Below are positions 40,618 to 53,760 of a DNA stretch of 64,000 bases, piece by piece. The translations under genes and the position numbers were made by a program. The notes under the pieces are model-generated. The model did no database searches. It was given only the letters and a program-made list of their open reading frames with translations, and was not told where the DNA came from. Within the stretch, counting starts at the first letter, position 1, and each line of letters opens with the position of its first letter. This DNA is from Harriotta raleighana (taxonomy: Eukaryota): positions 3,778,801 through 3,842,800 of the forward strand of contig JBNZDD010013686.1 of assembly GCA_050575255.1 (NCBI GenBank), written 5' to 3'.

Positions 40618-43600
40618 TATTTGTGGGCAAAACGCGGCAGCCAATTGCACAGCAGTGTCCCACATACAGTTGTGCATTGAAATGAGCAATTTTTTTGTGC
40701 GGTTTTATTTTTATTATTAAAGTGAACATTGGAACTAAGTGGTCATTCTACACATGTGAGGCCTTTGATTTCACCATTGCATCAAAGTTGTTGTAGGGAA
40801 ACTTTAGTAGCCTGAGAAATTGGCTTAGTGATTGATGCCTCCTTTGGTATCCGCTAGAGTCTGAATGCTGTCAGTAGTTCAGAATGTAAATACTATTGGG
40901 CATCTTCAGTGGCATCTGAAGGAGGTCATTTGTATTCGTATCTCTCAAACTCAAATTGCTCATCCTGTGCTGGCCATTCTGCTGTTGCTTTCTCGAAACC
41001 AGTCAATAAATCTGATGGGCGGTCTCGAGATCTTTTGGGAATGTGTACCTCTGTTCCTTATGTGCAGAGGCCTTCTGCAGTTTTACAGGCAGTTGTTTTT
41101 TATGTTCAGTTCCAGCTTTAAGACTTGATGCTAATAGTGCCATGTGTTGTTGGTGCCCGAGATTGGAGCTGGAATTGCATGTGCTGCTCAGTGTATCATC
41201 ATTAGTCATCNGGTTGCATCCAAATCTCCATTGGGGGCTTTCTCGAAACCAGTCAATAAATCTGATGGGCGGTCTCGAGATCTTTTGGGAATGTGTACCT
41301 CTGTTCCTTATGTGCAGAGGCCTTCTGCAGTTTTACAGGCAGTTGGTTTTTATGTTCAGTTCCAGCTTTAAGACTTGATGCTAATAGTGCCATGTGTTGT
41401 TGGTGCCCGAGATTGGAGCTGGAATTGCATGTGCTGCTCAGTGTATCATCATTAGTCATCTACATAAGTACAGATGTGGCAGAGAGCCATGAGACATGGT
41501 AACCATAATGGAGCATAAAATAGAATGGATGTAGTTTTGCAAGACATTAGAGTTCCGCGAGAGGCAACAATCTGTTGTTATTGATGTCGATATTCTTGCC
41601 TTATGGATGTGAGTGCAAGATTATAATTTCACCAGGGTTATATGCACAGTATGTTTGCAATACATCTTCTTTACAATTCCACGTATTTGTGTACATATGT
41701 ATGTATATACAGTATAATATATATACATAAAATATATACACATGCGCGTGTATACTGTAATATGTGAATGCCCCATCAGTGAAATCCTCCCATGGCGCAT
41801 ATAAAAGGAAGCTTCAGTGAAATTAAAATATTGATGCAATCTTTTTCCCAACACAGTGGAAACTGTGAAGTGAAAAGCAGTTTTGTTTTATTTGTACAAT
41901 AATTAATTTCACAATAGGTAGCTGATTACAAATGGCTCTGATTATTGAAGCACTTTTCACTCTTTGTCATTATTTCTTGTAACTATTTGCATTGTATTGA
42001 TATCTGCTAACTAACAATCATTTTCACACCCTTTGGCTAAATCACTTACAAAGATTGCTTTCTTATATCGCTCACAACTTAAGGGCTTTTATTAAGTTCA
42101 TCCTGTGTTTAATGAGGTGCTTCGGGCAGACTTTTCATGCAGAAACATCCTTCATATTCAGTGCTACATACACTAAATTATAAAATCTTTCAGACTTTGT
42201 GCAATCTTTGATTTATTCCGCCTGCAGAAGAAAATCTGTATGTTTTTTTCCTTTGAATTGCCACAGTATGAGTTGTGTGTGAGTGCCTAAATTGTGCCTT
42301 CATGATAATAAATGTGTATTGGAATTTCAGTGGTAGATGAAAGAAAAAACATGAAATTCTAATATCCAGTATTCAATAATTGTGGGATGAAACTAATTCA
42401 TAATAATTATGGGATGACAAAAACTGTGAATTATTCAATAAATGGTTTCAAATGTTCAAAACATTTTTTTTTAACACCACACGGTACAGTATTTAGCTTT
42501 GAGACGTTCCTCGGATTTACAATGCTGCTTTTCTAGCCTTACGGCAATTTTGCTTTCAATTTTTTTTAAAAGGAAGCTCAATGTAATTGGGATTTTACTG
42601 CAGGCCAGAAAGAGGATACTGCACAAATCGTAGAATCTCATTATCTAGACCTTGCAAAATAATTCTACAGCAACTGGCAATAGATGCACAAAAATTGTGA
42701 TTTCATTGCACCTGGTGTGAATGCTCAAATCCAACTTAAAAGGATAACTCACTGGGTGTGTGAGCAAACTCTTTGTGAATGTGTCTGTGTGTGTGTGATG
42801 CCTCCAATCCAATATGTTTCTCCATCAGTTGTGTGGAGTGCCATTGGTTCTCATCCAAAGCAATGGACTGCTAAAATGAAAAGGCATAGGCAAAGGAAAT
42901 TGAATGGCCTTTGTATTCTAATCTTATTTCAAAGAACAGAGTCCATAATTCTTGTGATTTCTCTGGCTCCTGCCATTTTTCTCTCATCACATCAGGTTGC
43001 AAGATTTTTTCATATATCCAGCGCTGCTATAATCCCGCATACTTCAGAAATGAATGGTTAGTATACAAACTAGGTCACAAGCTTGCAGACACCTGACTGT
43101 CAATGTTTTGGTAGATTTTGATCTATTTTTTGTAGCGCTTAAAAAATAATGCGTCTAAAACACTGGAGAGGGGGTATTGATTCAGGTTAAGGAATACACT
43201 GTACTTGAGGATTTTATATGTTTATACTGTAATAGAATGATATTGAATCTTGATTTATTTTTGAACAGAGGCAAGGTAACAGGCAGATAGCAATGCAACT
43301 GAAGTTCAGCTTTCTCCGTGACATTTGGGGCAGGGATTCTTCCCACTCCGTTCAACAACAACAACAAGAACAACAACAAAATTACATTTGTAGACCGCCT
43401 TTCATGTTGGGAAGATGTCCCAAGGCATTCTTGCTAACCCTGCACACCAAAGCCCTAGCTGAACAACCAGTGGGAAGCTTGCCATACTCTGCTCTCAAAG
43501 GCACGCCTTGCAGTTTTAGTTGGTTAAACAACAACAACTTGGATTTATAAAGCGCCCTTTACATTAAATGGGGTAGTGTCCTGGAGCACTACACAGTGGC

Positions 43601-46600
43601 GGAGTCTTGACAATGAGCGAACGGGAGAGAGATGGAGTGGAGGTACTAAACTTCAGTAGGACCCCTATTACACACTCTGGGGTATCAACCTTATCGCTCT
43701 TATCTATCTACACCTTTTGGGTAGAGGATATGCATTCCATTCCAGACCTGGATATTTCCATGCGTACTCGGCATACATGGAACTCTGATGCTTTTAAACA
43801 TGAGGCATCTGCCCGAGCTTTAATATAGGAGTAATGTACCTCACATGGTAGGTTTAGTTCTATTCAGTACACCCCCCCACACCCCCACAACCCATGACCA
43901 GAAGTAAATGATCCAATTTATAACGCCAATTGGTGCCAAAATAAATATGAAGTTCTCCTGAAGCTAGTGACTTCTAGTGAGGTCACATGATATCATGTTT
44001 ATTGCTTCTGGTGTATGCGGTGGGGATAAACAACTGCAAATGAACCCCAGTGAGGTTTAAAACAGGCGTATCTCCTGCGTTACCGAAATAGACGTGGAAC
44101 ATGAATAGCATTCATGTGAATTGAAAGAGAGAGTTTATTTGGCTANCTGCAAATGAACCCCAGTGAGGTTTAGAACAGGCGTATCTCCTGCGTTACCGAA
44201 ATAGACGCGGAACATGAATAGCATTCATGTGAATTGAAAGAGAGAGTTTATTTGGCTAGTCGGACACCTCCAGAACTGCATTTGTCGTGGCAAAGAGAGG
44301 TTGGATTCGCCCCAAACCTGGACCTTCATTTGCCATAAATAAAAGCACTGAACTGTGAGTTCTAAATTGGCATCTGAGAAATCTATACTCACCTCTGTGG
44401 GCAGTCTGCTGCTGGAACCGATTTGTATGAATGCGGAGATGAAACAGCATTCATTGGCATTTGACTTGTATCTTGAAATCCCAAAGTGACCAGCACATGA
44501 CTTTCTCTAATGTGTGTTTCACAACGATGGGCCAAATGGCTTTCTTCTGTGCTGTAGGTTTCCACTGCAACTTGCCAGTGCGTGCAATTTAATGTTATGC
44601 AAATAATGCAAATGCCAAGATGCATAAAAATGTCAGCTCTTCTCATTGATTTAGGTGCCAAGCTGCAATTGTACGACCAGGTCTGAGAATGTACCATATA
44701 CCAGACATTTATAGGTCTTTTTCCCCTCGTTCCCTGTAAAATATAACGCGGAAAGATCTCATTCCCACATTCCCATTCCATTCAACTACCACAAGGAAAA
44801 ATTGTGGATCCTCTCTCAGTCACCATTGTTACTTTATGCTTGTGTCTACACAGCAAATATCAGCTAAGTGGTCATTATGTCGATTTAGACAGTTTGAATT
44901 GGACCTATAAAAACAGTGTATGTATGATACCAGCTGATGGCTTGAATACTCACCAGTTACAAAAGATTATTTTCATCAGTATTTAAAAGGTAATAATTAT
45001 TAGAAATGGGGGCAAAAAATTATTAGGCCAAACACATCTCTCTGTGTTTAATTCTCAATCGTACCTATCTTCCTTTCTGCTAAATCCCTTAATCCTCATC
45101 TTTCCAGAAATGTGTTTCAGTTGCTTCAGATACATTTAACTGCTTCAATGCATAATTTCCGTAGATCAACTTTGTCAATCCCACCACAATCTTGAAACTT
45201 CAATTACATGGGTCTAAAGTCTCATTTACCCTGCAGAGAACACACTTCGAATCATCTTGGTTGCTCACCTTTACAAGAGTAATATTCTCAGTCCTAATAT
45301 TCAGTGGTAGGGAGTGCACAGTGCGGCAGATGAGAATCTGACCAAAATTGTGTGGAGCATTAAGACAACCATTTGATTTATGTTCGGTCCCTCCGCTATT
45401 ACAAATTACAGTCTTCATTTACATTTGCTACCGCAGCGAACACCCCAGAGCTAACAGTTCCTTCTAGTTAACCGCAGTCACATATAAAGAAGTGAATAAC
45501 AAGGTACGTGATGCCTCTTATTCCAGGACATTTTTACTCTTGGTGGTATCTCATCAAGAGTAAAACTTCTACTCTGCCTTTTCAAAAGTGGTACAAAATT
45601 CAAAAGCAGTCCCAGTAGCTATCGAGCCAGCTTTCAGTGCCTTTTAAACCAACTGATTATGGAGATCCCAGCATTTCGAAATGCAAAATCCATTGTAAGT
45701 GGCCATCATCGAAGTTTAGAGCTATTTCTCAAACCTCAATGTCAACTGCGTTTGATCCGAATTCTTCATATTAATACTGGATGAGCTTTGGCTTTTTTTA
45801 ATCAATATTCAATGTTTTCTTTGGAATAAGACAGCATCTGCGGGGTGTATATCTGTGCATCTATCGATAAAGAAATGCTAAGAAGTAAATTAAATAAAGG
45901 CTTATTTTGTATTAGATGCTCAGTGTCTGCAAACATGCAGAGTGTTTCTACAAATAATTGAATTATTGTTAATATCTGGATTGAAACGATAATTTAATTA
46001 TTGCTAGCTACAGTATTTATAGTAGCTGATCATGACTCCGCCAAATTCCAATGTCCCGCCAAACTGTCGTTTAACATTCCAACTGCAAGTAAATAAAACC
46101 CCAAAGCATATCCAGCGTATAAAATGCAGCACCTACAAATCTTGTTAAATATTTATTATCTGTCTATGCTTCAAATTTTGACCTGGTTTTAATCCATCGT
46201 TCCAAACCAAGCGACCTTATTCACGGATTATTACAGGACAATGATCATCTCTGTTTGAAGACCTATTGCATTATAAATCTGCCCAGGAAATGGGCATTAT
46301 AAAAATCTCTTTTTGAGTCTGTTTGACAGATATCGCCTTTAAGCTGAAATAAACACGTCGTTAAATTGCTTTAACTGATTGATATTTTAACCATGAAATG
46401 ATATTGACCTCAGAGTTATAAATCTATTGGTGATTTTACTATTAGTGAAACATCAAGTAGCCACTTGCACTTCACATTAATAACCTTTGTGAAGCGTTTT
46501 GAGATGGTTTGATGTGATGAGGTACTACATTAAATGCAAGGAATATTATAATAGGCCGCGTTTCACTGGTGCAGTATCCCAACATTATAAAATCCCCAAT

Positions 46601-49600
46601 CGTTCAGTGTGGTAAATGCTACCAACAAAAACATTTCAATAGTTGACGTTTCCAGTGATGGAGTTCTAAAGGTGGTGTAACAGTGGCGTAATCTTTTATT
46701 TTACCTTTTTTTAAATCAATGATTTAAGCTAAAGCCAGTGGTGTATCCGCAGAATAGAAATGCATCGTCCCTTTCTATGAAATCTCTTTTTGCACCAAAT
46801 TCCACTGGACATTGAATGAAAAACAATTCTAGCCAAAAGCCATGCCAATCAGCAATAAAAGAGTTAACTTTGTGTCGCTCCTGAAAGGCTAGAGCAGAGG
46901 AATTTGAAACATTTCCCTTGTTTACTCTGACCCTCTTTGTTTGAATTTGGTCCATTGATGTTGAATAGTTACTTGCTGATAGAAATCTCAATGACACCAA
47001 GTCTTTCATTCATATTAGGTATGAGACCCGCTGTGTTTTTTTTAAAACGCACAGAATTTTTGAGTTTTTCGAAAGGCAAGTCGTTTAGAATCTATTTTGA
47101 GTGGCTGAAACACAATCTGCTTCGATGAAGAAAGGATTCTGTCACAGGCTCCTTTTGGTTTTTTTTTAAGCAATCTTTCCATTACAATTTGAAACCATTT
47201 CCACTTCAATCTTTTGTATTTACATAGTGCATCCTGCACGTTCTGCCTGAAGTCTTCATAACTGATGATTTGTGTCTTAAGTAAGTATTCCTAAATGAAT
47301 GTACAGGTTCTTCATAAATATGTCTCTATGATGTGTTAAGGCGCGATATCGGATGCAAGAATTATTATTATTGTGCAGTTGATGGTAGTAAAAATTGGCC
47401 CTTTTCGTACATGTGAAAAGCTTGAAACTGAAGGGCCTAGGTTTATTAGTTTTCCACAATGGTGCTCTGTTTTTTTGTGCATCATGTCTCTTCAAACAAG
47501 TTATTTCCTGTACTTGTTTAAAGTATTACAGTAAAAGCTGTATGGGTACAATTGGTTATATTCTTATCTCTGCAACAGGGCTCCATAGTTCAGTTGACTG
47601 TTGTCAAAGCTTTGGATCTGGAGGATGTGTTGGAAGCTTTGTGCTAAAAATGAATAGATTCTATTCAATTATAGCCCTTGGTGCTCTTGTTATGTGTGAC
47701 CTGTTAAACTGTCCGTATAAATGAAATTGTATGTTACGTCGGATATTCCCTGGTGATTGTGTAAGTGACACAAATGCGGACATGCAGCTAAACGCTCGAA
47801 ATTTCCAACCCATATCAATCAAATGTGTTACACCATCACAAAGTAACAAAGTTCTTTCAAGTTTCAAGTTTTACAATCAAGTACTCGGATTGTGCTATGA
47901 AGTTGCCATTACTGTAAAATCTTGCAAGGCCCTATTGGAAAGAATATAGGTTTGTTGTTCAAGAATTGGATATTCCAGTAAGTGGAAGGACAAATAAAGT
48001 TTGCACGCTGCAGGCAGTGACATAAGGAACCACAAGAAAGCTAGCACCCACACTTATACTTGTTATTGAGTGTGAGAAGGGATACAGTACTTTGGAAATC
48101 AATTGCAAAGGATTCAAGAAAATGGGTAAAAACTGAGAGGCTTCCAAAAGCCTGTGTTACTTTGAAGGATGAAAGTGGAAGAGGTACATCTTGAAATGTT
48201 GTGATTATCCAGCAACGTAACATACATTGCGTTACGTTTAGTCCCGCAGAAAATAAAAGAAAGTTATAATTGTGGAAAATTTGTGAGCATTCAGGATATT
48301 CATTTTGTTGACGCCTGCCTCAACACAACTGCTAAGAAGCAAATGTTAAAACAGCAACTGTCTAAATCGGGTGTTGAATTAAGGAAGCTGGATATGCCCA
48401 TCAATTTAAATATGCCTCATTCATCTCTGAGTGGAAAGGTAGTGACTGAACTACAGGAAACAAATAATGCCTTTGGGTCTTTTATGAATGGCTCTGTCAA
48501 TCAGATTATCATCTTTCTATTGTGATTGTGGACACACTCCGAGTGAAATGCATGACTCAAGTTTGCCACTGAGAACAAAGTGGCTCTTCAGACTCTCAGG
48601 CCCTCGCAGTTAGGTGTAAGACCAATCCACTTTGCACAAGATGGCTCAGCTGGTTGTTTCTCCACTTTCATTAAGCCTTTGAAAGATGAATTGGCACCAT
48701 TATTGTGAAGAGTTTTTTTTTCAGGAAGCGAGGGGAGGAGGCAGGACAGGATCCCATGATGCCATGTACAAATCCCTTCTTAACATTTTAACTCCTTCCC
48801 CCCCTTGATTTTAATCGTGTCTCAATGAGGCTGAGTGTTTTTATGAGCCGCACAGCAGTGATACAATACTAAACAAATTTAACCCATTCACTCCAGATTA
48901 TTTTTATATTAAAACAGTCATTTCTATATTTAAACAAGTGTGCGTTAGTCTCAAAAGAAAAGGATTCTTCACCCAGTGACAGAATAGCAAGGAGCTTGGT
49001 AATAACTTGAGTATGAGGGGGAGGCGATGGGAAAGAGATCAAAGGCACATCACAGTATCTATAGCATTAATATGCATCAGAAAGCTAATCTGATTAGTTT
49101 AGGCAAAATCTATTGGTTTTCAAACCTTTTTATGCAGTCAAAAATTAAATGAATATTTGATTCACAGGCAGCATTCAAAATTTGGGAATGACTTTCACCA
49201 GCAATTTATTTTTATTTGGCACAATAGTTTCAGAGTTTGATTAAATAGGAAAACTAAATTAGTAAAACAAAACATAATTTAATTAGCCTATTTTATCATA
49301 GTTTCCAGCAGTTTTCTGCACCAACAATTGTAAAGACCTGTAGAACAGTATTATGATACAGATATAAAGAGCTACATATTTTTGTAAAGTTTTCTTTTAT
49401 GTGCTTTAATTTGATATCTATTTTCTCTTCGATGTTTTCAGCTATTCTATCACTAATACCAATATTATTTATGTGTATATAATACTTAATTCTTTAATCC
49501 CCTATCCTGCTGGCTCCTGTGTTTCACCCGTTTTTACACACCCAATCCAGTATACCATATATTCTGTGAAGCACTTTGAGACATCTGAACAATGTGATAA

Positions 49601-50375
49601 GGCACTATATCACATACAAGAATTATTATATATTATCATGTGTTTGATTTGTTCATCACAACAGTGAAAACTCCAGGCTGGTTGGATAATATTTATGTAT
49701 TCTTAACATTTAGTAGTAAATGTTTTTGGGTGTTAAATTTACTATTAGATATTCTTACTGCTGATGCACATTAATTACAGTGAATTAATCACATGTGTTG
49801 TGCATTGCTGGCCAAGCAGAAAATCGACAATTAAACCAAACGTTAATGGGTGAGATGGACTCATTTAAACTCAGTAAACATTTTGCCTTATTTTTGAGTG
49901 ATAACCAATGGTATCATTAAATCCTTTGAGCATGGGGATTAATACCAGATTACCAACAAGAAGGACAAAGTCTATAAGAAAATTGTTTAGCCTCAATATC
50001 CCGCGCCTTTTAACAACCTGTGATTTACAGATCAATGATTGATGAATTAACGAAGAGTTTCAATGGACATAAACCAAGGAAATTAAAACCAAGGGAACCA
50101 ATGATTCATCACACTGTGATAAAACACAGGGCTTGAGAACATTTTAGAGATTTGTTTAAATTTGTAATTGTAAACATTTTATCAACGCTTAAGGAAAGAG
50201 AAGGCTGGCCCAACAGATAAGAGACACTCTGCATCCAGTATTCCAAAGCTGCAAAGTCGCTTAAATCAATTAAATAACGGTGCCCTGAGTCTTTTACCCA
50301 CTTCCCTGCCTCCTTCTCTTTGGGACATTCTTCCCGATGTGAAAGACACTGTACCCAATGCAAGTGATGTTAGTA

Positions 50376-51068
50376 CAGGCAGTCCTCAAGTTACATCAGG
50401 GTTAGGTTCCTAAGATTTGGTGTAAATCAAATTTGTATGTAAGTCGAGTCACCCCCCTATAATGCTTACAGTAACATACAGTGATTGGTTGTAGTGTATA
50501 GTGAGCTGCCCTCTCTCCCCTGCACCCCTCCTAATATGTACAGTACTGTAAATAAAATAAAATATTACTGTACTTACATGGCTTCATTGTGAGTCTGGCA
50601 CTCGATGTAGCGCAACACAGGAGATCACACGCGACGTAGCGCAACACAGGAGATCACACGCGATGTAGCGCAACGCAGATCACATGCGACATAGCGCAAC
50701 GCAGGAGATCACATGTGACGTAGCGCAACGCAGATCACGCGTGACGTAGCGCAACGCAGATCACACGTGACGTAGCGCAGTCTAAAGGCTGGAGAGTACT
50801 GTCCCGCCGAGCTCACAGACTCACACAGTACCTGTACAGTACACACTCGCGTCTCGCCTCCATCCTGTTCCTGAACGCGTATCGTGGTCCCGTAAGTGTT
50901 GAGAGCGGCGACTCCAGCTTTCTATCGCGCGTGGGGCAACTAAAGTATTTACATAGCAGTGTCGTAACTTCGAGAACTTGGATGTAACTCGGACGTAATT
51001 TTACTGATTTTAGGTGTCGTAACTTCGAATTGTCGTACCTCGAAACGTCGTAACTAGAGGACTGCCTG
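50376..51068. mobile_element. Second copy of the minisatellite-bearing Tigger-like MITE
   Basis: Same TIRs and TA duplication; near-identical to 4632-5383 but with 6 full minisatellite units. Confidence 0.9.
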
Positions 51069-52241
51069 TATTATTAAAGTGTGGAGCTGGGAAATTTAAG
51101 AAACAATCCTTGTGCCTTTCTGTCTCTTGCTTTAGTCAAAGACCCAGTTCATTTGATCCTGTAAAGTGTATCAAACTAAGTGGAGTAATAGGATGAAAAG
51201 GGCAACACCATATCATGTACATTACTTTCTTGCTACTAAACTATCTGAACTTTGCTACACATATTTTTCATTGAAAAATGCTGCAGAACCTTTAAAATTA
51301 TAACAGATGCAAGCAAAAAAGAAACTTAACATTTGAAGATATCTTTACAAGTCCTGTTCCAAAACAATGTTACAACACCCACTGCCTTCCCCCTCATAAA
51401 AATGTCATGGCAGTTTGGTTTGCTTTCATAACAGCAAAAACCCAATTACATGATGAAAATCGAAATGGATGTTTGAACATTATGGGTGAATAGCAAGAAC
51501 ACCGTCCGCTGATGCAAGGAGTCATTCAAAGATGTGGTTTAAAATGTCTTTTAAAAAAAACTGTGGGTTCCCTGACGTGCAAGCCTTACTCATAACTCCT
51601 AAAATTTGCTTGAACCTTAAGTTTTATATGGTGTACATCTGCTGCCATCGGCAGAGTCTGACTCATTACAAAAGGTCAAGTGGTTCATTTCTTGTTGTTA
51701 ATCTGATTAATTTGTCTTAAGGTATCTAATGTTCCAATGGGTGGCTTGATTTACCACCAGTGGTAAACCTGGAAGTGCAAAAGCGATCAATCACATGTTA
51801 GCTCTCGGGTGATAATTGGATGTTAATGTCCCCATTCACGCTCAAGCGGCTGCTCATAGGACAATCCCTGCCGCTGAGCCATCCAAAAATAAAACCAAAA
51901 AATCAATCTGGAGACGTCACTGTCTCCATTATCATAGTTTCATAGCATAACAATTTGCCGAGATGTGGAGCCCACCGCATTAAACAGGCGACGTCACGTT
52001 TGAATTCAGCTGCAAGGAAAGTGGTGTGCTTGAATTCCATTTTTGGAGAGTGCCAAGTATGTAAAGTATTTTTTATCTGATAAATCACACTTCAGTTTTC
52101 ACAAGTCCTGCATTCCTTTACTTGCGATGCAACATTTGAGTGATTTGAGGCGAAAAATCAAGCAGGTCAAAGTCAAGGGGGAAGCTGAGTCATCTTTCAC
52201 TTTCCAACCAGGCAGTATCTCACGGCCACTGAGATGCCCTC

Positions 52242-53760
52242 AAAGTAGAACCTTAAAGGTGGTGATCTCTGGATCACACCCAGTGTCTCATGCAAGTGAG
52301 TTTCAAAATGGCAGGGTCAAGCACATGAATAAATGGTGCAGAAAAGAGGGCTTCAGGTTCCTAGATCATTGGGATCAGTTCTGAGGCAGGTGAAACCTGT
52401 ACATGATGGATACGTTAAACCTAAACAGGGCTGGGACCAATGTCCTTGCAGGGAAGTTATCTAATGCTGTAGGAGAAGGTTTAAACTAATTTTGAGGGGG
52501 GAAGGGAATGCAAAAAGCCCTGGTCCAGAAACGGGAGAGGGGGAAAATGAGAACAGGCTGAGTCGGTCTTGGAGTGCATGTGCCTAAATGCACGGAGTGT
52601 GACAAATAAGATTGGTGAGCTGCAGGCTCAAGTTGCCGCTATGGGATATGATGTTGCAGCAGTAACGGAGACTTGGCTCAAACATGGCCAGGAATGGGAG
52701 CTGAATATTCCTGGCTATAATGTATTCAGGGGGGATAGGGAAGAAAAAAAAAGAATGGGGGTGGATGGCAATATTAATCAAAGACTTATATAGATTTATA
52801 CTGTATATAAATGATCTGGACTTGGGTATAGGTAGTGCAATTTCCAAGTTTACAGATGATACCAAGTTAGGAAAAGTAGTAAGTAGTGAGGAGGATAGTA
52901 ACAGACTACAAGAGGACATAGATAGAATGGTAAAATAGGCAGACATAAGGCAGATGAAGTTTAATGTAAAGAAATGTAAGGTGATGTAATTTTGGGATGA
53001 AGATTGAGGAGAGGCAATATAGGCTTGCTGATACAATCTTAAGGTGGGTGAAGGAACAGAGAGACCTGGGGGATCATGTGGGTAAATCTTTGAAGGTGGC
53101 AGGACAGGTAGATAATAATGTTTAAACTAGGCTTTATAATTTGGGGCATAGAGTACAAAAGTCATGACGTTATGATTAACCTGTATAAAACTTTGGTTAG
53201 ACATCAGTTAGAACTGTGTTCAGTTCTGGGCACCACACTTTTGGAAGGATGTTAAGGCATTGGAAAGGGTGCAGAGGAGATTTACCAGGATGGTACAAGG
53301 AATGAAGGATTTTGGATATGAGGAAAGCCTAGAGAGGCTAGGATTATTCTCATTGGAGCAGAGAAGGTTACAAGGAGACCTAATAGAGGTTTTCAAAATC
53401 ATGAGGAGATTCAATAAGGTAAACAGGGAAAAACTGTTTGCACTAGTGGGTGGTGTCAATGTCTCAACGTCACAGATTTAAAATAGTTTCTCAAAGCAGC
53501 AGAGAGGAGGTTAGGAGAATTTTTTTTTCATGCAGCGGGTTGTTCGATTTTGAAATGCATTGCCTGAAAAGGTGGTGTAGGCCGATTTGTTAACAACTTT
53601 CAAAAGAGAGTTGGATGGTTATTTGGGGAGGACAAGCTTGTGGGTTTACGGGGAGAGAGATGGGGAGTGGGATTGACTTTCAATAACTCTTTTCAAAGAG
53701 CCGGCACAGACTTGATGGGCCGAATGGCCTCCTTTTGTGCTGTAAAATTCGATGATTCCC
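52242..53760 (+). mobile_element. Internally deleted, defective CR1 LINE
   Basis: ORF1 esterase-like remnant (KVVISG...WCRKEGFRFLDHW), APE endonuclease start (CLNARSVTNK...AVTETWL...NIPGY), RT C-terminal part (LYINDLD...KFTDDTKLG), ORF2 end (ERVQRRFTRM...LGLFSLEQRRLQGDLIEVFKIM) and CR1 3' tail. Stops and frameshifts throughout. Confidence 0.9.

Noticed and set aside
20134-44258. Near-identical tandem duplications joined by a single n (n at 20252, 20662, 26193, 31978, 32366, 41211, 44146)
   Set aside because: Copies of ~65-310 bp differ by a few SNPs or indels and sit at gap characters. This is the pattern of unmerged contig overlaps or haplotypes, not biological repeats.
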